Assembly (NCBI GenBank): GCA_038496445.1
Contig: JALMLS010000049.1
Coordinates: 1 to 36,848, forward strand
Direction: 5' to 3'
Source: Trichosphaerium sp. ATCC 40318
Taxonomy: Eukaryota; Protista; Tubulinea
Length of the DNA stretch: 36,848 bases
This document shows, in pieces, positions 1-11,750 of this stretch. A program made the translations under genes and the position numbers. Numbering within the stretch: the stretch's first letter is position 1; each line of letters starts with the position of its first letter. The notes beneath the pieces were generated by a model, which was not told where the DNA came from, did no database searches, and was given only the letters and a program-made list of their open reading frames with translations.

Positions 1-432
1 GGCTTGATAACCATCCATTGGGGCCTTCACAAGCGGTGTTAGGTAGGTAGTCTCAACGAAAAGCTTTCATCAAAAGACACAAGTGGTATTTTGGCTTAGT
101 GAAATCAACAGAATATGATTTGGCAAGGCTTGAACAAACTATTTCGTCGTACGTGGTTATATTATTGTACTATCCCAACCGAATTTCACTGTTCCTTGTT
201 ATAGTGAGTTCGTCATTACTTCGAAATCTAGCAGTTTTGGAGACACGGAATACACAACGGTCATAGTGTTGGTTGTTACATTTGTTGTTCTTGCCATGGT
301 AAGTTAATGTACATTCATCTATTGTGTTGATAGGTTGTAATTGTTATTCTTATCATCTTTATAGTACCTAAGTGTAGACACGCTATAGTACCTTATTCGT
401 TAAGAAGAGCACTCTTAAAATTACCTCTGTAA
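1..432 (+). CDS. 3' end of a spliced gene for a probable single-pass membrane protein (partial, unknown function)
   Basis: Manual splicing across a GTAAGT..ATAG intron (~299-333) gives ...SSFGDTEYTTVIVLVVTFVVLAM|VVIVILIIFIVPKCRHAIVPYSLRRALLKLPL*. This is a long hydrophobic segment plus a basic tail, ending at TAA 430-432. Confidence 0.45.
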
Positions 433-627
433 GCAAAAAATCATATCAACAATAAGAGCTGTGCTTGATGTTGCACCAATGAACATGGGAATAGTTGACT
501 GTTGTTAGTTGCCTGAAAATCAGTTTGTTACTCCATTGGTAGTTAAATTTTTTTTGGGCACGTGAAAGAAAACGGTAACATATTTTTCAATGCCTTTTTT
601 GGTTGGATGAAAATATTTGTTTTTTAT

Positions 628-1990
628 TTAGACAATGACAACTTTGTTAATTCTTTGTCTTCCAAGGTTTGTGGACATGCATCTCTTGTACGAACAAAAA
701 CCTAAACAGGTCAATATTAGGGTTGTTATCAAGAGGAAAAACACATACACTTGGTTTCTCAATATCCAAATTGTCAACAATTACTTTTTCCAAACCTACA
801 CAGTATTTAACTAACTACTAGTTTTGGTATTAAAAAATAATCAACGCTTTACCTGAATAGCGAGGGTCACATGCAAGAGTAACTTCTGAAACATCACCAA
901 GGTCACCTCCTGAAAAACAGTTACTATTGCAAGGCATATAGAAAATCATGAGACAGTGTTTATTCATGGTACGCACCAGTAAAGGTGAATGTCACACCTG
1001 ATCCCAAGTGCTCTGAAATTTGAACAGAAGGCTCTGTGTATTTTCCCTCACAAATAACAGAGTTTGGATCATGCCAACGCCCTTCAAATGCTGAACAAAC
1101 AGCACACGTGTCCGCTGAAGAGATAAAGTTATTTTTTTTGACTACACTCAGAAAAAAAATGGAAAAGGAACCGTACTTGCTGTTCCACATGTTTGAGGAT
1201 CATCTCCACATACAAACCATCTGATTCGTAAAAATACGAAGAGCCTCTTGTTTCTTGTAACCCAAGCGATTGTAACGTGGATAGATCATACTTACGATTG
1301 GCAACTGTTCAATAAAAAAAAACCGTTAAAGGGATTTAAACCATGAAGTTACTAGAGCTCTTCAAACGTACAAACAATATTAGAGCAATCTGGTGGAAAT
1401 GGATATTGAGATGGTGGGTTTGGTGCTATCGATGGTACTTGAACGCTAGGGCAAGCATCCTTGGTTCTCACTGTAATCTACAACAACAACGTGAGCTATA
1501 AAATCAAGCTTGCCTCCAGTAATAGCTTATAAGTTTCGTACAACTGGACAGAGGATGATGTTGTTAACATATGTAGTCTCGAATCCTTAACAAAAAAAGT
1601 GAATATTTAACAAGTTTATGAAATTAATGGTACTGTACCACTGTAATTGGGATCACATATAAGATGCAGTTCTGCATTTGATTCTACAGCAGCGTCTACA
1701 ATCTTTATTATTGGGCGTATTAATGATTGAGAATATGTACATCCAAAGGTAATAGAAATGCCGACATCATCTCCATTTCGGTATTCCTTTATCTCTGTTT
1801 CGGGTTCAGTATAGAGTCCTTCGCAGTACGTGTATTCTGCGATTGCTTCTTCCTTTGTCACTTGTAAGCAGAATTGGACTAAGTGCCTTACCACAGTATG
1901 TACAAATCAGCAGATGGATTGCCAGCAATATAGTACGTGTTGGTTATTAATGGACGCGAATAAAAGCTTGTTTCTGTTCAGAAAAGTTGA
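628..1990 (-). CDS. Protein with two tandem MRH (mannose-6-phosphate receptor homology / ATG27-like) domains; 5' end unresolved, possibly a truncated pseudogene
   Basis: The spliced second repeat reads KYDLSTLQSLGWFVCGDDPQTC..CAVC..CEGKYTEP..VTFTFTGGD..SEVTLACDPRYSG..VRTRDACP. The first repeat has the parallel CEGLYTEP..LHLICDPNYSG..VRTKDACP. The YDLS.L / VCG / C-AVC / GG / CDP / T..ACP pattern is typical of MRH repeats. Stop TAA at 628-630. No start codon or signal peptide was found. Confidence 0.55.
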
Positions 1991-2148
1991 AGTGTTTTAT
2001 TTATTTTGCCAGTTCAACTTGATTTTTTTTTTTGTGCCTACATGTTACAAGTTTGGTTGAAATATTTTTTTTTTCCTTTAATGGTATTTGGTGATAATGT
2101 ACAACTGTACAAGCGCCATTATTTAGCGCATATAGCGTGAATAAACAA

Positions 2149-5100
2149 TCACTCATAATAAGCGTCTGTTGAAGAATTTGTGACAAGCTTGTCAAACGTT
2201 GCGACCGCTGCAATAAATTCATAAGAAAAAAAACATAAAAAATCCCTTGAAGATCCAAGAAACGTACGTGGCGCCTCGGTGCGTAAACTTATTGCTAATT
2301 TATTGAGTGTGCTGTGTATATGTTTAAAATCGGGTCGTTTCTCTGGATCAGCGTCCCAACATTGTATCATGAGTTCCTTGAATCATTAACCATCAGCAAA
2401 TATACAAATCAAAAAATGATACATACCTTGAATGTAGGACAACATCCTTCCGGTATCTCTGGACGTAAATTCTCACGTACAACACGGAATGGAATTTCAT
2501 AAACCTCTAAACCAGGGTACGGTGAAGATCTTGCTACCTAAACATGCAATGTAAGAAAAAAACCGTTTTTAAAAGAATAATGTAAGAATAAACACTGAAT
2601 AACATTTACAATAAAAAAAAATCACGTGCCAACTCCCATAAAAAAATGCCAAAGGAGTAAGAATCAGATTTCATACTAAACTTCTTTTCTCTAATAGCTT
2701 CGGGTGCCATCCACTTTATAGGAGATGGTCCAGATGTGCGCACATAGTCTCCTAATAACCAGTGAGTCAGACACCAACATAAAAACAAGACATTACCTGT
2801 CATGACTGTAGCAAGTCCAAAATCGCAAACAATACCATGCCAGTCGTTGTTGACGAGAACCTAGCAAAAGAAACGATTACTTTCTAGAAGATCCATACTC
2901 CGTGTATCTACGTACGTTTCTACCGGCGATATCACGATGTACAACCTTCTCAAGATGAAGGTGAAGAACACCTGCTGCAGCATTGGCAGCAATCTGAACA
3001 AGCCTCTCCCACGCAATATCAGACTTATGTACAAGCAATAAATCCGAAACTGATCCTTTAGGATAGAATGGCGTCACTATAGCAAGCGGTTCATAACAGA
3101 TACCACACAGCCGAATAATATGCGGGTGGTTTCCAAGTTTGCTTCACGATAGTGTTAGATTTAAAGGTCGAAAAAAAACTTGTCCGTACTGCATCAAAGA
3201 TGACTCAAGTTTTAGCAATTCTATCGCGTCTGCAGACACGCCATGAAGTTTCTTTACAGCAACTACTACACCTCGCCAAGACCCTTTGTAAACTGAACCC
3301 TAGATCACCCAAAAAGTGAGATACAATACCACGTATGCGGTAACTTACAAAAGCGCCTGTTCCAAGCTTGGCAGACTCATCTACTGACAGTTCTGCCCAA
3401 TTTAGAGCTGGTAAAGGTGTTGCATCACCATCTACAGAGACTTGTAGACCACTAGAAGACGTTTGTCGACTGTGTGAACTCAAAGTTTCTATATCCGTCA
3501 ATTCAACAGTCACCAAGTAAGCCTGAAATACATGTTTTAGAATCACCAATCTCTTCTCTAGAATACGTACAGGGATTGCTTGTCGCGGATGAAATATGAT
3601 GTATTCATCATACATCGCTTTAGATGTGCTCCTTCCACCTGTATACACCGTCAGCATTAATGCAAGTGTACAGTTCGTACCTTCGATGAACACTGAATCA
3701 TAAGTATGCAACACGTTGCTGGATGATAGTGTGGTAACCTGGTCCAGCGGTACATGTAATCCAGTAGCCACTGTAAAAACGAGAAGAGATACAAAACTCC
3801 CTGAAGCCCATTTTTCAGACTTTAATGCTGCGATTGGCTTTGTTGCGAAATACATGCCAACAGGGGTCACTCTCTCTTGTTTCTTGTGGCGACGCACAGG
3901 TGCTTTTATGCCCTTCGTTATTATTTCTTGTCGTACTATATCACTATGTACAATTGGAGCATACCTACATGGCGTCAGACGTCGAGTCAACGAAATAGAA
4001 AATTCTCTAAAAAAAGTTAAATCCTTACAAAAGGTTAAAAGTTTGGTAGTCCTTCAGCTGTGCCAGCCTAGTAAGAAACAGTCGTCTTTGTTTACTATTA
4101 GTAATAGCATCTATACATACGATTGAAGCTTTTTGATCCGCAACAATACCTCCTAAAGTGAGTTAGCAACACATTGACGATTCTTTGCCTAAACTTCTAT
4201 TTGCCCACAAAAAAAAAAGGTAACTTACCTTCAATACTCTCTTGTATGCGTTTAAAATCGGCATGTGATGGATCAACAGGCTTACTACGATAATCCATCT
4301 CATCTAGAGAAAGAAGATAAGGACGTTGAATTATACAACGTATCTACACGAAATTTCGTGGATTTTGAGAAAATTCCGATATTTCTGAATTTGACCTCAT
4401 TTTTAAAAAAAGGAGGCGTTCGTACTTGGTAACTTAAACATGCGCTGTAATAAATTCATACGACCAGTATCATTGTCTTTTACCCATGATTGTGAAGTAT
4501 AGAAGTGTCTCATAAATGACAACAGTTGTCCATCCTCTGTAATGACCATGGAAGCGCCCTGTAGTCAAAAAATTGTCAACTTCAAAAGATGGCAGAATTA
4601 AAGAAAAAAAAATAAACTGATCATGTACGCAATCAAAGCAATCTTGTATCGTAGCTTGAGAGAGCTGTTTACAATAAACAATCAAGCATATGGATCCGTT
4701 TTCATTTCTGACGCGTTTTAGTAAATCTAGACCTGCTTTTGGAGCGAATACGAGGTTAACAAAGCCCTGAGAATAGAGTTACCAATTGAACAGCCATTTT
4801 TGCGTCAAAATAGAATAAACGAATTAATGCGTACCCGTTCTACTCGTAACATGTCTGTTATTACCACCTGTGTCCGTTTGTAAGATTATTTTTAAGTTTA
4901 TAGACAAACAGCTGCGATTTTCCTCTATCTTTCGGCGTTAGCGTACCTGCGCTTTGTGGTTCCTCATTTTGCGCATAGATTCAGCGGTTGTATTGCACAC
5001 ACAAACTTCCCATCCAATTTTCCTCAAGGCTTTCGTTGTTTTATCATGTCCACCGTTTCTGTACGATTGGTGCTAGAATTTTAGGTAAGTAACTGCTGGT

Positions 5101-5199
5101 AGGCGTTTACACCAATTTCAGCTTGCTTACTGTCCAAATAACACACGGCTTATCGTTATTGGCATCGTAGCTTCCTCTTTTTTCATTGTACTCTGTCAT
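2149..5199 (-). CDS. Multi-exon fusion: N-terminal CheY-like receiver (REC) domain + PARP-type ADP-ribosyltransferase-like domain + C-terminal tyrosine-kinase-like protein kinase
   Basis: Manual splicing gives REC: [55 protein letters not shown]-like: [50 protein letters not shown]. Kinase: [53 protein letters not shown] at 5199, TGA at 2149-2151. Confidence 0.8.
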
Positions 5200-5578
5200 C
5201 AACGGTCAGTTACTGTCATTGCCAACGGACAACTGCGTTGTTGTGCCCAATGGTATAATTGAATGAAATTGCTGAGTGGAGACGGAAAAAGCAAAAAAAG
5301 TCTTTAGCAGTAAAAGCGTCCTTTCTGGCGTCTCGTCGACTATGATTGTATTGGTAATGCGCTAGAGGTAGTTCAATCATTAGCAACAAGTCGGTTTACT
5401 AATTTGTTTGCAATACGCACGTGGGCACCGTTAAATGGTCCCAGCACACGTTTACAGCACAGAGCGCTTAGTTAGGCCTATGTAGGCGGCTGTCAGTGCG
5501 CCAGTCAAAACAGTTCTTTTTAGTGAGACGTTTACAGTTTGTTAAACGTCAAATAGTCTTAAAGAGCTTCTAACAAGT

Positions 5579-8500
5579 ATGCGTTTGCGGGATCTCATCA
5601 AGGCCGTCAGAGCTTGCAAAACTGCTGCGGAAGAGCGTGATTTGATTACAAAAGAGCTTGCGCAAATTAGGGGAGGTATTAGACAAGACAACCAACAAGA
5701 CCGCACTCGAAATGTCGCCAAACTACTCTATTTTCACATGCTCAGTTATCCTACGTCGTTTGGACAAATGGAATGCCTCAAATTGATCGTAAAACCGTCG
5801 TACGCAGACAAAAGGATCGGATATCTTGGTCTGATGGTTCTACTGGACGAAAACCAAGAAGTACTCATGCTCGTCACTAACTCACTAAAATCGTATCCTC
5901 TCATGATGTTTTTGACGCCTTTGGCGGTTATACGCTGATCAGCGAAAACTTTTGCTTAAAACACTTTTTGTCGCCATTTTGCGCGCCTAGGGAAACCATT
6001 GCGACGCTTTTATATTTTTAAACGCTATTTTCCTTCACTATCTAGCGACCTAACTCACGCAAACCAATACATTGTTGGTCTCGCTTTGTGTGCATTGGGA
6101 AACATTGCCTCTCCAAGTATTGCCAGAGACACTGCTCCTGAAATTGAAAAACTACTCAAACACACCAACCCTTACATCAGGAAAAAGGTACAGTCCCTTG
6201 TTATCCTGTGACACGCAAGGGATTTTTTTTAAATTAATTTATTCCCTCAGGCAGCACTATGTGCCCTACGTATTATAAGAAAGGCTCCTGATCTTACAGA
6301 GAACTTTATTTCGCGTATGAAGAGTCTTTTGAGCGAAAAAAATCACGGTACGCTAAAAACACGTAACTATGGGTTATAAGCTATTTAAAATAGCGTGTCA
6401 CGATTTTTTTGGGGTTTTTGGAACGCGTTGAAAGTTGAATTTATTTATTTTTTATTTGAAAATGTACCTCTTTTATCAACTCGTAATTTATCTCATTGAC
6501 TCTCTTAGGTGTATTGGTAACTGCATTGAGCCTTCTCATCGAATTATGTCGCATCAACGATGGAGAGTTTATCTCTAAGTTCAAAAAGGTAAGGTTTTTA
6601 AATTGGTCACTTGTATTTCTTTTTTTTGTTTTTATTTGATTGTCGTTAACCGCTTTTTTTTTTCTAGCTTGTCCCACAACTCGTTCGCATCCTTCGTCAT
6701 CTAACCCAGTCTGGATTTGCACCTGAATATGATGTGAATGGTGTTACTGATCCGTTCATACAAGTCAAAGTATTGCATTGTTTGCGTATTCTTGGTAAAG
6801 GTGATGCTGAAGCCAGCGAGCTCATGAACGATATTCTCGCTCAAGTTGCCACAAACACTGACAATATGCGTAATGTTGGTAACGCTATCCTTTATGAGTG
6901 TGTCAATACTATCATGTCCATTGAGTCCGAAAATGGCCTTCGTGTTTTGGCTGTGAATATCCTTGGTAGGTTCTTATCAAACAGGGATAACAACATCCGG
7001 TAAGTGCATAGATATAGCATTGTGAAACCTTTACTGACATTGTACTAGTTATGTTGCTCTCAATACACTATGCAAGGTCGTTTCTGTTGAGCCAAAGGCA
7101 GTACAGCGTCATCGTAATACAGTTGTTGATTGTTTGAAGGTATGTTCAAATGTCCTCTTTTTTTCTTCTTTTCTTTTCTTCAATTACAGTTGCTCACATT
7201 TAGACAGGATGATGATATATCTATTCGTAGACGTGCCTTAGAGCTCATTTACTCTCTTGTGAATACAAACAATGTCCGTGTGCTTGTACGGGAATTGTTA
7301 AATTTCTTGATGGTCGCAGATGTTGAATTCAGGGCGGACTTGACCGCTAAGCTCTGTTATGTTACAGAAAAATTTGCTCCAGCTAAACGTTGGCATGTTG
7401 ATACAATCCTTCGTGTTATGGCAGTTGTACGTCATTTTCCCGTGTGTGAACGTTGATGTACTGATTTTGTGTTTGTAGTCCGGAAATCATGTCCCAGATG
7501 AAGTCTGTTCTAACCTCATTGCGCTAATATCTTCAACACCTGAATTACAAGCTTATGCTGTTCACAAAATGTATCTCATTCTAACAAATGATATCACTCA
7601 GGTACACTTACGTTACATATTAATTTTACCGCATGTGGCTATTGTGATCATCTGGGAGTGTGTTCAGATGATCACTCTAGTTCAAAGCATTTGGGCTATC
7701 TGCATGCTATTTATTTATTATCTTGCCTCTATATGTATTTATTTTGTATTTTTGAATGGGTGTAGACAATCGCAGGGTACAGCAGTAACTATGCGACATC
7801 ATCCACACCACAATACATAAGCATGTTCGCACGGTCACCATCTGCATGTCAATCTTTTTTATTTTTACTCTTTTGCCTTTTTTTTCAAGTTCTTTGAAGT
7901 TGTTGCTTATGTGTTATTTAGCAATCCATGGTCCAAGTTGGTGTATGGTGTATTGGTGAATTTGGTGAATTGCTTTCACAAGTTGTAGAAGGCGATAATT
8001 CAGTCACTGTTACTGAGAAGGATGTTATTGACCTCTTGGCACGCATCCTCACTTTCCCAACAACCACACAAGTGACACGAACATACTCCCTCAATGCTCT
8101 ATCCAAACTCTCAATTAAATTTACTCAAGCTGTCACAGCACAAATCAGAGTACGGTCAACACTTCTATCCTAACATTCTTTGGTACTGACTGAAGCATAA
8201 AAGGGCATTTTGGAGAATCACAAGGCTGATTTTGATTTGGAATTACAAAGTCGTGCTTGTGAGTACCTCAAGATCTTGGGTGACTGGAACTCCTTTTCAC
8301 AGAAGATTTTCGAAAAGATTCCACCACGAGAATATGTACGCCCAGAACGCGAAGACTATGGTACATCATCAGAACCAACGACGTCCGAGCCGTCAACACC
8401 TGGTCGTGTTACTACTCTACCAACAACCGCTACAGCTACAGCAGTCGCACCTGCTGCACCAGAACCTGTTGCTGACGTGCCTGTACGTTTTGTTTAACCA

Positions 8501-9482
8501 AAAAAAAAAGCGTTCTTTGCTTGCTCACAATTTTACTTAGCTCATTGATTTCGGTATGGGTGGTGACTCTTCAAACGGTACTGCTGCTCCAGCTGGTAAT
8601 CCAAATGCTATTTTAGAAACTTTGTTTGGAAACACAGGAGCTCCTCCTCCTACTGGTATGTTTTTTTTTTCTTTCTTTTGTTGGAACTTGTTTCTTTATT
8701 TTTTGTGCTAACGTTTCCTCTCAAGGTAACGGTGTTGCACCTGTTGTTGGTGGAGCTGCTCCAACACCTGGACAGCCAGAAAGTAAACCATCTGTAATCG
8801 ATCAAATCATGTCCTTGCACGCCACACCTGCACCTGCTGTAGGCACACCTGGTATGATGCCTGGTATGCCTGTTGCAGGAGGTATGCCAGTTACAGGCGG
8901 TATGCCTGTCACGGGAGGCATGCCAGTTGCTGGCGGTATGCCAGTTGCAGGTATGCACCCAGGAATGGTAGCGGCACCAGCTCCTATTCAATTTGTTGCT
9001 TATGACAAGAATGGTACGTGACAGAGTAAATACGACTGAATGCTTTTTTTTTTTTGGTTCAAGAAGCCACGACTAATTTCTTAATCGTATAGGGATTGTA
9101 ATCAATTTTTCTGTTGTGAAACAACCAACACAGATGCACTTGACACTTGTGAATGCGACTTATACAAACTCTTCAGCAAACAGGATTACAGACTTTCAGT
9201 TACAAGCTGCTGTACCTACTTACCTCAAGATCAAGTTAGAACCTGCTTCTGGTACTGAATTGGCACCTGTTCACACTGGCAAGATTATGCAACAAATCAA
9301 AATTGTCAATTCTCAACATGGCGCTGTACGAATCAAACACGTGTTTTTTTTAACGGTTTTTTTTTTTACTAACTTTTTTTTTCAAACAGCAACCTGTGAT
9401 TATCATGATTCGATTGGCTTATAAATCTAATGGCGCTCCTGTAGAAGATAAGAATGTTGTAAACTTTCCTCCAGGCGTTTAA
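5579..9482 (+). CDS. AP1G1: AP-1 adaptor complex subunit gamma (gamma-adaptin), multi-exon
   Basis: Diagnostic N-terminus [20 protein letters not shown]; [10 protein letters not shown]; [27 protein letters not shown]; DPFIQVKVL; [22 protein letters not shown]; SIRRRALEL; [10 protein letters not shown]; hinge with clathrin-box-like LIDF (8541-8552); GAE ear domain [12 protein letters not shown]. Stop TAA at 9480-9482. Confidence 0.97.
8863..8955 (+). repeat. Coding 18-bp tandem repeat (GMPV[AT]G, about 5 copies) in the gamma-adaptin hinge
   Basis: ggtatgcctgttgcagga / ggtatgccagttacaggc / ggtatgcctgtcacggga / ggcatgccagttgctggc / ggtatgccagttgcaggt. Confidence 0.9.
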
Positions 9483-10729
9483 ATCCTGAACTGATATGAA
9501 TGGCTTTAAAACGAAATCAATCGCAACAATCTTGTTGAGTTGATGGAGTCATTAATTGAAAAAAAAAAACCAACAAAAAAAACAACCTGTAAAAAGTCTT
9601 CCCGGCAAATTTGGGTAAACTTGCTGCTTGGCATTGAAAAAACAAATAAAGTAAAATATAAATAACAAAGAAAGAGGTGTAAGAAATATTTCTTGACTAC
9701 ATTACAGCCTGATCATAAAAAGTGGCATCGGAAAAAAAAGAAGAGCAAATCTTAACTTTGGCCTTCTTGTTAAAATAGAATATTTACAAAAACAGAGATT
9801 GCTGCCAAGATGCCAGCGAATATGGCGTAGTGCTTAATCTTACTGTTTCTATTCTTCTTTTTCCTGTTTTTAGTAGATTGCCGTTGATTATGGCCTGGTG
9901 AACCAGGAAGCTTGTTAATCTCTAGATGTAGTTTGCGATGATGTCCAAATTTATAGACACCAATGTCCAGCAGGTCCTTGTCTGTAAGAAGTGCAAGTTG
10001 GCCACTAGTTGTGATCCCTATACTTTCATTAAACAAATGCAGCAGATTAAACCTAATACGTACTGGCTGTTGCGAAGTGTTGTTTGTATTCTGGTAGGCC
10101 TACAAAAGCAAGCCATTCATCAACTGATCTCAAGTTTATTGGATTCTTCTCACTATGGTTAAGCCATCGGCGCACGTGGTGTTTTTTCTTGTCTAGATGC
10201 AAAATTACTTAAAAAAAATTGCAAACACGTGATGTGATGAGCGAAGAATAAAGCCCCGAAAACAGGAAATTCGGTTTAACTTCGGCTTCATTTTAAATCC
10301 TTTTTTTTTTAATACCTGGTTTCGCGTCTTTCATCAATTCTCTTTGTAACGCCATGATGCGAGTTCTATCGCCAAGTTGCGTTATACCAATATACGTCAA
10401 ATCACCTTCAGTCAAGCTGATGAATACGTCTGAGAATACAATCCCATTTGTTGTAAAAACATCAACAATATGCTCTAGCCCAGCTGCATCAAGAGTTTCT
10501 TGTATCCATTCTTAAATCAAAATGTTAAAAAAGAAGTATCACGCACAATCATAAAATTAACGGTTCAAAAAACGTGATAAAAATGAGTATTCTTCAGTTG
10601 GTAACGTTTTTCTGTAGTTGTTTTTTTTACAAAAAGTGCTTAACGCCTTTTGGGAATTGTAGGAAACGCAACCACAATACGTGTTGGTTGTAAAAAACCG
10701 TTCAACTAATTTCTCCGGGTGATTACCTC

Positions 10730-11750
10730 CAGTAGTAAAATGGAAATGGGAATTTTTAAGTAATCCACCCTGTTTTCCTATGGGAAAAGTAAACGGAAAA
10801 ACTCTTCCTTAATTCCCATTGAATTTATATGAAATTCCATAAGTATTACCCATAGAATTCTTAGAGTATTACTTTTGGAATTGTGTATGTATTTTATATA
10901 GAATTCTCTATGTATTCTTTATAGCATTTTTTTAATGTATTTCAATAAAAATACTTTATAAATTACACAAAATATTATTCGATACTTTGGTTCAGATTTA
11001 GTGCAAAGTCATTTTATTTATTGATCATTACAAAATACAAACATCCTAAATAACACGTACAAGTTAAATACATCGTGTCTTCATAAACGAAAGAAGTAAT
11101 TTGATCGCATTTGGTTTTGAGAGCCTGAACAATAATTAATGCGTTTGTAAATGCTAAATTAAGAACGTGTAGGGTTTTTTGATAAATTAAGTGGAAATAA
11201 GCTTTAAAAACAACGTACTTGGAGTTAATGCTTTAAATACATTCTTTAATGGTGTAATAAAGCTGTTGCAATGCTTTAATCATCTTAAAACAGATAAGTA
11301 AGAGATATTTATGTTTAAGTGATTTTCCAAACCACCTAAAACGTGTTCTCCATTATTTTTTGGATTAACGCACTTTAACCTGTACCATTGGTTTTTGCAC
11401 CTTTAATAATAGCATGTGGATATTGTTTGCTAGAAAAACCTATGTACCTAAGGTGTTGATGGTTTTTTGCAAATATAAAACTAAACCCTAACCCTAACTT
11501 AATTTGTACTTTCATAAACCTCAACCCTAGCCCTAACCCTAACCCTAACTAAATTAGTACATTATTTGGTGGATTTTGTACAATAATTCTGAAAATTCTG
11601 TATTTAAGGGAATATTATGGTAATTCTATCAAAAATCCTGCCATAAAAAAAAAAAAAAATAAGAATTCTTCACAAATTACCTTAAAAATCCCTAAAACAA
11701 AGGAATTTAGTGGGATTTATATCCAAAATCCCATTTTCATTTTACCACTG
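10730..11750. mobile_element. Non-autonomous TIR DNA element (1021 bp), 2-bp TSD (TC), probably CMC/EnSpm-like
   Basis: Left end cagtagtaaaatggaaatgggaattt versus reverse complement of the right end cagtggtaaaatgaaaatgggatttt (23/26 identical). TC lies at 10728-10729 and 11751-11752. The interior is AT-rich with no ORF in the track. Confidence 0.88.
11481..11560 (+). repeat. Short interstitial telomere-like (CCCTAA)n tracts, in two duplicated blocks, inside the TIR element
   Basis: ctaaaccctaaccctaacttaatttgtac and aaccctagccctaaccctaaccctaactaaattagtac. Confidence 0.8.

Noticed and set aside
7569-7820. 83-aa hydrophobic ORF within gamma-adaptin
   Set aside because: It is read-through from an exon into the long intron. 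The adaptin frame resumes after the AG at 7920-7921.
11481-11560. CCCTAA tracts as a true telomere or chromosome fusion site
   Set aside because: There are only a few units, in one orientation, internal to a TIR-bounded element.
10730-11750. TIR element acting as an introner that is cleanly spliced out
   Set aside because: The GT donors at the element start, paired with the AG acceptors I examined near its end, give a stop or the wrong phase.
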